Assembly (NCBI GenBank): GCA_963845085.1
Contig: CAWJQI010000005.1
Span: 224,001-288,000 of the forward strand
Reading direction: 5' to 3'
Length of the DNA stretch: 64,000 bases
Origin: Candidatus Fermentibacterota bacterium
GTDB lineage: Bacteria > Fermentibacterota > Fermentibacteria > Fermentibacterales > JCC-6
Part shown: positions 19,791 through 29,900 of the stretch, in pieces
Layout: each line of letters starts with the position of its first letter
Position numbering within the stretch: position 1 is the first letter of the stretch
Notes under the pieces: model-generated
Database searches by the model: none
What the model saw: the letters and a program-made list of their open reading frames with translations, nothing else
Told to the model about the DNA's origin: nothing
Made by a program: the position numbers and the translations under genes

Positions 19791-19998
19791 ATCTCTCCCT
19801 TCCAACACATTGTATCGCTGACCACCACGAATTCACCGGCCGTCTCCCTGCGATGACGGCACCTCCCGTTTTCGGCAGTCTGCAGAATACATTCAGGAAT
19901 GCCTTGGTGCAATACCTGAGGAACCGCCCGACACGCGGCGGAAACAGTTCGGCCATGAGGTTCCCCTCATGGCCTGGCTGCGTCGGAAAGGTTCCGTG

Positions 19999-20604
19999 TT
20001 ACCTGTAGAGCGCCTTGATCCCCGCAAATGTTGTGTCTTCAAGGTCCATAAGAGTGTAGTCGACTTCGAGAAGGGGGTGGTTCCCCTGACCCGCCTCGCG
20101 GGAGCGGAAGTACTGGTAGGTCCCGCCATCCGAGGAAGTGCCGTAAAAGACGAGGCCGTAGTTCTCATAGGCGGCGTCGACCCAGGCCTGCACGAGAAGC
20201 TGGATGTCAAACTCGTACCAGCCCGTTCCCTCGATCACCGTCTGGGCGTAGGACATTGATTCGTCGTGCGCGACCGAGTCGGCCAGCACCGCCTCCACCC
20301 AGGGTTCGGTAACCCTGTACAGGTCGCAATCGAGTGAGCCGGTGGGATCACCGTCGTACCTGTACACTCTCAGAACTGCCGAGTTGATCAAGGAACCGGA
20401 GGGAATCGACGACAGGTCGAACCTGATCACTATCTCCTGATCAAAGGAGGTATGGATGTTGGTTCTGAGTTCCGGGCTCGTTCCATTCGGACCCTGGTCG
20501 ATCCAGACCCAGGTGTCGGCTGCCGGTTCAGCGCTGTAGGTTTCAGCGTATGCAACCGTTGCCGAGAGCAATGCGATGCTCGCCAAAATAAACGCGTTCC
20601 TCAT
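19999..20604 (-). CDS. secreted DNRLRE-domain protein with C-terminal TFAGIKALYR tail
   Basis: Signal peptide; ADTWV, IRFDLSSIP..INSAVLRVY, VTEPW, NYGLV, FRSRE, PLLEVDY. Confidence 0.78.
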   Translation of the reverse strand: MRNAFILASIALLSATVAYAETYSAEPAADTWVWIDQGPNGTSPELRTNIHTSFDQEIVIRFDLSSIPSGSLINSAVLRVYRYDGDPTGSLDCDLYRVTEPWVEAVLADSVAHDESMSYAQTVIEGTGWYEFDIQLLVQAWVDAAYENYGLVFYGTSSDGGTYQYFRSREAGQGNHPLLEVDYTLMDLEDTTFAGIKALYR

Positions 20605-21188
20605 GCCCTCCTCCAAACTGTCGGTTATCACAACCCTGATCCAGTTCACCCCTGTCATCCCGAACTGCATCATTCTTCATATCCCGGCATTCGCCCGGAT
20701 TGTTCCGGACAGCATAAAAGCAGAACCCCCGCAGGCACGCCAATCAAATCTCGCGGCTGGAACGCTTGTTCCATCGTCGGTGCGCACCCGTCCCGCAGAT
20801 ACAACGGCTTTAGCTACAAAGATATGATGGGACTGTCAAGTCGCAATAACGACAATAGATTTCATGAAACGACTTCACTCCACGGGCATTCCGGGCTTGG
20901 CAAATCAGCTGCGGGTCAATCGCGTCCGTGCCTTTCCAGTGGCTGAACCGGCGCGCCCGGGCTGCTCAACGGCAGCCCTTGAAAAACTGCGCTCCGGAGC
21001 CGTACTTACCTTTACCGACATCTGATGCGAAAGATTCACTTCCAACGCGAAGAACAGGTCTGTAAATGCATCATCATGAACCCGGGCAGAGGGTGCCGGA
21101 GCGCAGGCAGGATACCCCGTGACCGTCCGCGGCCGGGTCGCCGCATGGTGCGGTGCCCGAACCCGGACACAATAGGGAGGGATGTATC

Positions 21189-22317
21189 ATGTTGATTGGA
21201 AAAATGGAGTTCAGCGCCGGCTCGCTGAAGAAGCCGCTGATGATCAGCCCCGAGGGGAAGTTCATAACGGTCCAGCAGGTCGCGGAATCCCCCGCACTGG
21301 GCAGGGGATCCCTCTTCTCCCTCAGCGAGGACCTTCAAATGAAGCTCGCCATCGAGCGCTACTCCCACGAATCCGATTTTTCACTGGGAGTGATAGGGGT
21401 GGGCCTCTACACACGCGACGAGATCATCGAAAACATCCGCAAGCGTACCGAGTTCGGCATACTCGCAACAAAGGTCGAGATGGGTTACTGCAGCGAGCTG
21501 GCAGGCTCAATCACCCGCCGGACCATCCCCTCCTGGCCCAAGGTCCCCATCAAGCCGATCCAAGGAAATGGAATGGTGGAAACCGATCCAGAGGTGCATA
21601 CGCCTAAGGCTCAGAAACAGGGCGCTCTTCTGCGAAAACACCACTGACAGCGTTGCCGGCCCCATCGCAACATGGCGCATTGCAAACGTCCACCCCAGCT
21701 TCACTTCCCAGGGCTTCGTCGTTCTTGTCCTGTCCGGCAGCGACGACACCCGAAGCAACTTTGTCGACAAGGCGAAAAGCTCCCTCACCACCTACATCGG
21801 GGGTGTGGGGCACGGCAATTACGACCGTTACACCGGCCACTGGTCCGACATCATCCTCAAGGTGGGCTCCTACGATTCCGCAGAGGTGAGCGGGAAGTCC
21901 CTCCATTTCCTCAGCTGCAGGACCGCGAAGAACCTTGGCCCCGACACTGTGACCAAGGGCGCAAGGTCCTACTGCGGATACGACGAGAACTTCACGTTCG
22001 TGTGGGACGACTCGGCCACCCCGGTCAACGAGTTTGTCCTCTTCATGCAGGCAGACGGCACGTTCGACCAGTTCATGGCCAGTGGCTCGAAGGCCTCCGA
22101 GGCCTACAATGCGGCGATCCAGGCCTTCAATGCGGCCATTGCACAGGTTCCCAACACCGCCGCAGCCTCATGGCTGACGTACGACCGTGACCATCTTAGA
22201 TTGCACGGAGACGGCGACGCCACGATCAAACCCCACCGCTGGCTGAAGATTTGTTTCCCGATCCGCCACTTCATTCACGAAGACCGCCTTGTCGAAGCGG
22301 GTGAACTCGAGGACTGA
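21189..22317 (+). CDS. clan CD (caspase/gingipain-like) cysteine protease with N-terminal helical domain; apparent +1 frameshift near 21560
   Basis: GGAGG RBS before ATG 21189; GGVGHG (His) and LHFLSC (Cys) followed by LG...GA.SYCGY. Removing one C at ~21560 joins ORFs 21153..21647 and 21568..22317. Confidence 0.65.
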
Positions 22318-22329
22318 AACACCGCAAAC

Positions 22330-22355
22330 GGGGCCTCCCCCACGCGGGAGGCCCC
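22330..22355 (+). terminator. GC stem-loop between the protease and its partner gene
   Basis: GGGGCCTCCC-CCACGC-GGGAGGCCCC; short T tail. Confidence 0.55.
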
Positions 22356-22376
22356 TTCAGCGAAAGGAGAACCCGC

Positions 22377-22718
22377 ATGAGCCTTCCAGAAATCAGGGGC
22401 GAGGACAGGATGAAGCCGGTCTGCTACGACCCCGCACGCAGGCTCTTCATCACCATCGACGATCTGCTCTCCGGGCGGGAGAAAATCGTGCCGCTCTCGA
22501 CCCTCTCCGAAGAGGAACGCAGGCTCCTCGTCATAAGGCGCCAGGAACTCGGCCCCGACTACACGGTGCAGGCCGTCAGCGGCACCCCCATGTCACGCGA
22601 CGATGTGATCAGTGCGATCCGCCGGAACGACGGCTTCGGAGCCGCAGCGGTTGAGGCCGAGCTTTCATATCTCAAAGGTCTTCTCGAGCTTCTTGCCGGG
22701 GAGATCAAACCCGGGTGA
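22377..22718 (+). CDS. stand-alone paralog of the protease N-terminal domain
   Basis: AAGGAG RBS; aligns by eye with residues ~14-110 of the upstream gene (KP...FIT....L..LSE.....L.I.R.....D..........RD..I..IR....FG.....E..Y...L). Confidence 0.75.
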   Translation: MSLPEIRGEDRMKPVCYDPARRLFITIDDLLSGREKIVPLSTLSEEERRLLVIRRQELGPDYTVQAVSGTPMSRDDVISAIRRNDGFGAAAVEAELSYLKGLLELLAGEIKPG

Positions 22719-22801
22719 TCCTGGCGGGGCAGCGGTCTCTCCGCTCTGTTCCGTGAGCTGTTCGATAAGGGTTCACGGGATTGACCTCAATAAAGGGGAA
22801 T

Positions 22802-22828
22802 GCCCCCCGCACAAAAAGCACGGGGGGC
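22802..22828. terminator. inverted repeat between convergent genes
   Basis: GCCCCCCG...CGGGGGGC. Confidence 0.45.
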
Positions 22829-22834
22829 CATCGC

Positions 22835-25276
22835 TCAGTTGCCCAGAACCACCAGCCGTGTGACTGCCGACTGCCCGGCACTGTGGGCAACAACGGGGTA
22901 AACACCGGCAGGAAGCCTGTTCCCCGAGGAATCGGTGAGGCTGAACGGGATCGAAACGTCGCCCGCCGGTGCATTCCCGTTGAAGACCGTATTGATCATT
23001 CGGCCGGAAATGTCGTAGACCTGAAGGATCAGCTGACCTGCAGCGGGCAGTGAACACCTGAAGCTTGTGGATGCCAGTGCAGGGTTCACCCCCGAAATGC
23101 ACAGCCCGAGCACCGATGAAGGCTCGCCGGATTCCACCGAAACGGCCCCGAGCGCCCAAATCTCCACATCGTCGATGTTCCACCCGCAGTACTCCCAGTC
23201 CGGGTCACTGGCGCCCATCACCCACCTGAGATACACCTGCGGCTGGTCGTCGGCGAACGGCGAAATGTCGAAAACCATTTGGTTCCAGTCATTGTCGGCG
23301 GTTTCCCCGGGACCGTTCTCCCAGACCGTGTCCCAGTTCTGGAGGTCGGTTGAGACGAGGATGCAGGCGTTGTCGCTCTGGTTGCCCTCTACGCCGAGCC
23401 ACCTCTGGAAGCGCAGTTGAGTTCCGTAAAGGCCTGAGCAGTCCATCGCACCGGTTGTCAGGTTCTCCTCCCCCATGCCGGGAGAATAGTCACCGAGAAG
23501 GTTGTAACCGTATACGCACTGCCCCGTAAAACCGGCGGCGGGGTCGTGATTGCCGTGCGCGCCTCCGAACCCCTGTGGAATGCCCCATTCCCAGCCGCCA
23601 TCGTTCTCCCACTCAGGGTCGTCCTCCATGTTCCAGCCGTAGACCACACCGGTCTGGCCGACGACCAAAACGATCCTTCCCGTTGCGCCCCCGATCCCGC
23701 CCGAGGCGTTCACGAAGGAAACATCAGCGGTGTAGACACCCGTCGGAAGCGATGACGCCTCATTTGAAAGGGCTGCAGTGATCTGCACGGTCTGCCCCGG
23801 CGAGATGGTTCCCGAGAGCGGCCCGAGCAGGGTGAGCCATTCAACGGGATCGGCGCTCACCTGGTACTGGGCCGAGCCGGCACCAGTGTATTCAAGGGTC
23901 CACGCCCACGAGGAGGGGGCGAACGGGCCACCGACCTCCCCCTGGAAGAGAGCATCGCCCGCCGGTGAGACCCTGAGCCCTGCGTTAAAACCAAGCAGCT
24001 TGAGGCAGAAGTTGCCTGTCTCGGGGTACGGGTTGTCGGGGCAGCCATAGAAATCATGCCATGAGCCGTCGTAGTAGTAGCTCTCGCCCTCGGAGGCGGT
24101 GGATTCAACGATCACACGGGCGGATGAGCCCAGAAGAACCGGCACATCGGCGGTCCTGTCGTAAGGGAACCCCCCCTGTGAAAACTCCATGGCAAAGTAG
24201 ACACTGTCCCCCGGACCGACCTGGAAGGGTTCGTCAAGCTGGATCGTGTGAAAACCCCTGACCTGGCAGAACTCCTCCTGCAGCCCCAGAGGGACGGAAG
24301 GGGAACCTCCGGCGAAGCTGCCGTAGAGTGCTGCGCTGCAAGTGACCGAGTCATCCGATGTAAAAAAGGAACACGCAGTGATGTAGTGGTCGCCCGAGAC
24401 TTCGAATGCGTTCATCACCCGGTCGGCCCCGGTGAAAGTGTCCCGCCAGCCGTGATAGTCGTGGTAGTAGACCTGCTCGTACTCCATGAACTCGGCGTTG
24501 TTGAAGGACACCGCGCCCATGAAGGGTTCCCGTCCGCACCACTTGTCCCAATAGCTGATGTAGAAGTAACCCTCGAACCCCCAGCTCTCGCCCCAGCTGT
24601 TCTTGCAGATCCAGGCGCCGGGTTCGGGTGCCTGGGTAACCTTGTTGTCGTCCCAGCCGATGATCGCGACGGAGTGGTTGGGGAGCTCGTCGGTGAAGGG
24701 CGGCTGGTAGTGTATGTAATCCTGCATGTAGGATGAGCTTGCGTAGTAGCATGTGGCAATGGCGCCGTTCTCCATCAGGGCGGCCTTGATCCCGTTGAGC
24801 GAACCCAGGTCGTCGCCGGCGACAAACCACTCCACGTCATCGGGGTAGTAGTAATGGTAATCCGGAGAGTTGAGCGGCGGCGCCGTGCTGAAGGACTGCG
24901 CGTCGATGTCGCGGACCGTCCCGCTTCCCCTTGAAAGGTAGGCAGTTGTCACGAGGTAGTCGCCACCCTGATGGACAGTGAGCCCCCCGCTTCCATAAGG
25001 AGGGTACATGTCTGCGTTGTGCCAGTTGTTGAAACCGTTCCACCAGTCGAGGTGGTACTCGGCAAGGTTGGGTTCACCAGCCTCACCCTGGTTCTCCCAC
25101 TCCCCCGTGAGAAGCATGTTTGATTCGATGGATGCCATTGTTCCGTGTGTCCAGCAGGTTCCGCCCTGCTGGTTCTTTACGGAGGTTACATAGCTTTGCC
25201 CGCCCACGTCCCGAAGATCGAAGGTGGAAGGGTACTGAAGCTCAAGCACTGCAAGCAAACACACAGTGACGAACAT
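22835..25276 (-). CDS. papain-family (C1) peptidase with lectin-like, BACON-like and T9SS CTD-like domains
   Basis: FDLR...VTSVKNQQGGTCW (Cys), NHSVAIIGWDD (His), WICKNSWG (Asn); C-terminal VYDISGRM..LPAGVY. Confidence 0.88.
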   Translation of the reverse strand: MFVTVCLLAVLELQYPSTFDLRDVGGQSYVTSVKNQQGGTCWTHGTMASIESNMLLTGEWENQGEAGEPNLAEYHLDWWNGFNNWHNADMYPPYGSGGLTVHQGGDYLVTTAYLSRGSGTVRDIDAQSFSTAPPLNSPDYHYYYPDDVEWFVAGDDLGSLNGIKAALMENGAIATCYYASSSYMQDYIHYQPPFTDELPNHSVAIIGWDDNKVTQAPEPGAWICKNSWGESWGFEGYFYISYWDKWCGREPFMGAVSFNNAEFMEYEQVYYHDYHGWRDTFTGADRVMNAFEVSGDHYITACSFFTSDDSVTCSAALYGSFAGGSPSVPLGLQEEFCQVRGFHTIQLDEPFQVGPGDSVYFAMEFSQGGFPYDRTADVPVLLGSSARVIVESTASEGESYYYDGSWHDFYGCPDNPYPETGNFCLKLLGFNAGLRVSPAGDALFQGEVGGPFAPSSWAWTLEYTGAGSAQYQVSADPVEWLTLLGPLSGTISPGQTVQITAALSNEASSLPTGVYTADVSFVNASGGIGGATGRIVLVVGQTGVVYGWNMEDDPEWENDGGWEWGIPQGFGGAHGNHDPAAGFTGQCVYGYNLLGDYSPGMGEENLTTGAMDCSGLYGTQLRFQRWLGVEGNQSDNACILVSTDLQNWDTVWENGPGETADNDWNQMVFDISPFADDQPQVYLRWVMGASDPDWEYCGWNIDDVEIWALGAVSVESGEPSSVLGLCISGVNPALASTSFRCSLPAAGQLILQVYDISGRMINTVFNGNAPAGDVSIPFSLTDSSGNRLPAGVYPVVAHSAGQSAVTRLVVLGN

Positions 25277-25461
25277 TGCTGCCTCCGTTTATTATGAACC
25301 GGGAAAACCTTTCCCCAACAATACAGAAAACAAAGCGCCATGACCCCCCGTGCCGGGGTGATCGGATCCTGCACTGAAATGCTTCACTGAAATAGATATA
25401 CCCTGCCGGGCACGATGTTCCGGGATGGTAACAGGGCGTTGAGTTCAGTCAGATGAATGAC

Positions 25462-25486
25462 GGTTCGAATCCTCTTCGGCGTACCA
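25462..25486 (+). other. tRNA 3'-end-like remnant (possible att-site scar)
   Basis: GGTTCGAATCC-TCT-TCGGCGT-A-CCA matches T-loop, T-stem 3' strand, acceptor 3' strand and NCCA; the upstream sequence does not fold into a cloverleaf. Confidence 0.45.
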
Positions 25487-25489
25487 CCA

Positions 25490-26911
25490 TCACCGGCCAA
25501 GCAGGGTCAACCGATGAACAAAGCCTGACTGCCCGACAACAGAGTAGATGCCCACGGGCAGTCTGACTCCCGAGAAGTCCATACCATGCCAGATGCCTGT
25601 TCCGTCAGAGACCTGAATACTCGACACCTCTCTCCCGGTGATGTCGTATACGCGAAGGGTCTGCGTCTCTGAACCGGTGTGAACGGTTACAGAGCCCGCC
25701 ACAGGGTTGCATGAAAAACTGAATCCATCGCCGGGAACGGCAGCGAACTGCTGCTCTGCTGTGCTGACGTAATCGTAGTCGAACCAGCCGAAGGTGGGGT
25801 AATTACCCAAGACCGGCTCGGTCTCAGCCTGTTCATAAGCGATGTAGAGATTGCCTTCTGCATCGGCTTCTCCACTAATGAAAGGCAGACCTTCAGGGTC
25901 CTCGTCCGCATAGTCGTATGCAATCGCCCAGTCAACTATTACATCTCCGTTGCCGTTCATCAGGAGAAAAAGTATCTGATTGTCCTGGCCATTGTCTGTC
26001 CACACAAGGTAGAACAAATCAGTTCCGGGTATGTTGCTAAGGACGAATTCGAGGCTGACATACATTTCCGGTGGTTCAGATGTGACAATGACCTTCTGGT
26101 TTATCAGGGTGAATCCGCTATACTTATCCAGCTTCCACAACACATAACCGTAGGTATCAACTGAAGTCTCATGAACTACCATGAGGTTACCGTTCTCGTC
26201 AACGGCAAGTTCAGGGAACCGATTGCAAATAATGTAGTCTGGAGTAAAGTCAGTGATTGGTACAACCGTATTCCCATTTAAATCGTATTGAAGGTAGGAA
26301 TAATTGTGATCCACCGGATCCTGCACCACGACATGAACCCGGTTCCCGTCAACGAGGAGAACTCCACCCGCGTCCGCGCCGTCTATCTTCCAGTCCCGTT
26401 CCACGGTGAAGCCCGATCCGGGCGCCGGTGTCCACACGGCATACCTGACATCATCTCCGTCATTGTAGAGCACATGCAGTCTGCCAAGACTGTCCGGGCA
26501 TGCCCTGATGTAGGGATAAAGAGTGGAGGTCGTGAACAGGTAGGTGGCTGGGGTATCAATATTTCCGTTTGTCAAGTTGCAGATGCAGTAGTATGCCTGT
26601 GAGTAAGCCCTCCAGAATACAAACAGGCTGTCGCCCATCGCTGCTGTTGAGACAAGAGAGCTGTGTGAGTCCAAAGAAATCATTGTGTCAGGGTAGATGG
26701 TGGTTCCGTCAAGCAGAAATGCCTTATAACCAATCCTGCTTTGGTCTTTGTAGCCTGACCAGACAAGATGGAATCTGCCCAGATCATCAGAATGCAGGTG
26801 CAGCTCAGGCCTTGCAGTATTCGCCTCCTCAGTCACCAGAACCGGCATGCTCCAGCCCGGACTCGGGGTAACCCCGGAGAGCCAGAGACAGAGAAGCCCG
26901 AGAACCGTCAT
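25490..26911 (-). CDS. secreted BNR/beta-propeller-like protein with T9SS CTD-like domain
   Basis: Signal peptide; repeated D.LGR.H.(V/L) blades; C-terminal CNPV..LRVYDITGREV..LPVGIY; ATGA overlap with the upstream gene. Confidence 0.75.
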   Translation of the reverse strand: MTVLGLLCLWLSGVTPSPGWSMPVLVTEEANTARPELHLHSDDLGRFHLVWSGYKDQSRIGYKAFLLDGTTIYPDTMISLDSHSSLVSTAAMGDSLFVFWRAYSQAYYCICNLTNGNIDTPATYLFTTSTLYPYIRACPDSLGRLHVLYNDGDDVRYAVWTPAPGSGFTVERDWKIDGADAGGVLLVDGNRVHVVVQDPVDHNYSYLQYDLNGNTVVPITDFTPDYIICNRFPELAVDENGNLMVVHETSVDTYGYVLWKLDKYSGFTLINQKVIVTSEPPEMYVSLEFVLSNIPGTDLFYLVWTDNGQDNQILFLLMNGNGDVIVDWAIAYDYADEDPEGLPFISGEADAEGNLYIAYEQAETEPVLGNYPTFGWFDYDYVSTAEQQFAAVPGDGFSFSCNPVAGSVTVHTGSETQTLRVYDITGREVSSIQVSDGTGIWHGMDFSGVRLPVGIYSVVGQSGFVHRLTLLGR

Positions 26912-29900
26912 TGCAGTACACCCGTTCTTCCCTCATCATGCTGGAACTGAGGCCAGGGGGCATAGCCGGATGTGCATGCACCAAGTTCCCAGCAGTGAAG
27001 GTATCCGTCGCTGGTGCCGAAGACCATCTCGACAACACCATCCCTGTCGATGTCTGCTATGCTGAAACCACCAAAGGAAGTGACATTGTCCGGAAGGGTT
27101 ATTGGGAAGTCGGAGTTGACGGGAGGGTTCGAACTGCTTTCATACGCAAGTAGGATACACTTTCCATCCAGGAGTGTTGAAAAAAGCACATCGGCATAAC
27201 CAGCATTGTCAATGTTCCCAAGCGCCGCAGGACTTATGGGAGAGCTAATACTGGCACCAGAAAACTCTCCTGTCGGCCAGTTACCGAAAGGTTCACCGTA
27301 CTTATCCCATGCCAAAGTTTCCATCTCTGAAGGAAGAACGAAGGTATCAGCTCCCTGTATGCCTGGATTCCAGTCCGCGAAAACACCGTACCTGAGGTTG
27401 TCGGCGTCACAAGTCCCGACTTCGCACTCTTCCTCAATGAGACCATCGGGTTCAACGATCAATGCCGGATTCTCGGATCTGTACCTGTATTTTCTGTACG
27501 GATACCCGACGAGATACTCACCGCCCAGTCTTCCCGCTGCCGGCGTAACAGGCAGTCCGGGTTCCGATCTTGATTGTACAAAAGGAGTTCCTCCTGTTTC
27601 CCAGTCGTACACAACAAGGGCATTATAGCCTGTAGCAGGTGGAGGCGCGGCAATGGAATAACCACAGCAATAGACCGCGTCAGCGTAGGAATTGTTGTCA
27701 AGATCCGCACAGGCCAGAGAGTACTCTATCGGTTCGTTTGGAAGGCTCAACTGCTTCGTTGAATTGGCGCTGAAGCTTTGAACAAGCGAATTCCATGTGT
27801 AGAGATAAAGTGTATTGCCCACTGCCGCGCAGAGTTCAAGTCCCTGTGTGCTTTCCATCTCTCCAACGCAGAATACGCCGGTCGCCAACTGAATGGTCTG
27901 GAGGACATCTCCATCAGCACTTACCACTTTGATGCCGTCATCCGAGGCCAGGATGAACTCGGTTTCACCGTCATTGCCAAGGTCTGAGGCAAGAATCTGA
28001 ATTGAGCTGGAAAAGCCTTCGCGGGCGACACTCCAGATCTCTCCGCCGTCCTCTTCGAAAGCGGTGAGCGTGTTGCCCACAAGAACAATCACCTCCAGAT
28101 CAGGGTCATTGTCGATGTTCGCCAGAACAGGTGTTGTGGAAACAACCTCATCCACGAGCTGAATCCAGCCGCCAAACACGGGATAGGTATCGTTGAAGCC
28201 GACGGTTACCGATGCATCGTTGTTGTGCCACCAACAGTCATCACATACTTCTTCATAGTCAACTGTAATTGAGACGGTCAGATCAATTGGCGGCTGGAAC
28301 CACGCGGAGCAATCCCATGTGTACTGGAAATCCTGATAACCGCCAGCGTCTATTGGATCGCACTCGATGTAATCTGTGAAGGTGTTTGCTCCGTTTCTGA
28401 ACGTTATCCGGATGTCGCACTCATCCGAATCCTGGGCGCCATTGTTTCTTACCCTGAATTGAAGTGGAAGATCCAAACCTGTTGATGTCTCTTCAGGGTA
28501 CTGTGACACAACAATCTCACCGCCATAGATAGAGAGGTCACACTTATCGGGGTACCGTACCCTGTCGCTGATATCGAGAGCAGGGTCTCCGAGAAGATTG
28601 AATTGACCGAGTGCAGGAAGCCCTGAGCCAGATTGGCTTATAAAGTAGTCAATGTGCTGGTTCCGAGCGGAAGCAATCGCGTCTCCCAGCCGTCCGTGCC
28701 CTCTTGCATAGATGGCTTCAAGAATCCCCTTCCCGTAGTATTCATAACAATCCATGTCGGATGGCCGGGATCCGCAGAATACACCTGCAACCGGAACAGC
28801 CGTGTTTTTAAGAATCCTCTCAGCCAGGCAGTCCGAACTGAAATTGAAGGGCATTGTATCAGATTCATCATCGAAACAGAAATAGGTGTGACTTTCACGA
28901 TTCTCGTGTTCGTAGAGTGTATGGTTGAATGTTCCCGCAGAGCAGCACAGGAGAAGAGAAAATGGGGCCGAGTAACCCTGAGCAGTGCCAGTGAGGTGCT
29001 GCTCAATCTGGTAGTTGTTGAAAGTACTGTCTCTGCAGCCCTTTGTATCATCACCGAACTCATAGAGCCACTCGCACCATTCAAGCCCGGCGCTGAACAT
29101 GTGAAGCTCGCCGTGGTTGCTGAAAAAAGCTACTCCGGCTCCCCTCCCGAATTCAGTGATGCAGTTTTGAACCCACTCGCTGCTTTTCATGGGACTCTGA
29201 TCGGACTCCTCGTCGGTAAACCATCTCCCGTCTCCACAGTAATGTGAGACATAGCCGTACGATGTCCAGTCGGCAAAGCCCGAAGCCCAGAGATCGAGAG
29301 GTTCATTGTCTATCCCGAAGTTCTGGTGAAAAACACCCTCGATTGGATCTCCGGTTCCGGCAAGCCTGAGGATTCGTCTCCTGTAGTCTGTTATCGGCTG
29401 ACTGGTAATGGGCTGTTCCAGATCGATCATGTTCTGGATCAGTGTGCTGAGTGTATCCGGGGCATGCTCACCGCCGTTTTTCACGGAAAGTCTTCCCACG
29501 AACATGCTCGGCACGGCGTTGTCAACGGACTGGAGTTCAGCGAAATAAACGTACCATTCATCGTTGCCGATCATGCCCGCACCAAAAGGCGCCAGGTATT
29601 CGTGAGTCGGCAGATACCATGGCTCATCAGAGTAATCAGATTCCTCGTGGTCACCGATCAGAAGAAGATAGCCGGGCTTTTTCCCCGAAGTCTGGGTCCA
29701 GTTGTTCCACATGTGTTCCGTGAACTCCCTGATCGTGTAATCGGTGAGCAGCAATTGACCCTGCCCGAAATCATCGAAGATGTCATCCGTTGTCACCAGG
29801 GCAACATCGAAGTCGTTAAGTTCAACCCTGTGTTCTGCCAGATCGTCAATGGCATCCTGACACTGGGCGTACAGACCGGAAGCACAGATTATCACATAGT

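Noticed and set aside
21080..21145. Possible c-di-GMP-I riboswitch upstream of the protease (ends GCGGCCGGGTCGCCG)
   Set aside because: The GGCAAA/GAAA tetraloop/GCAAAGC core is absent; only the 3' end is loosely similar.
25405..25486. Intact tRNA (including tRNA-Sec because of TTCA)
   Set aside because: The acceptor and T-stem 5' strands do not pair and there is no proper anticodon arm; kept only as a 3' remnant.
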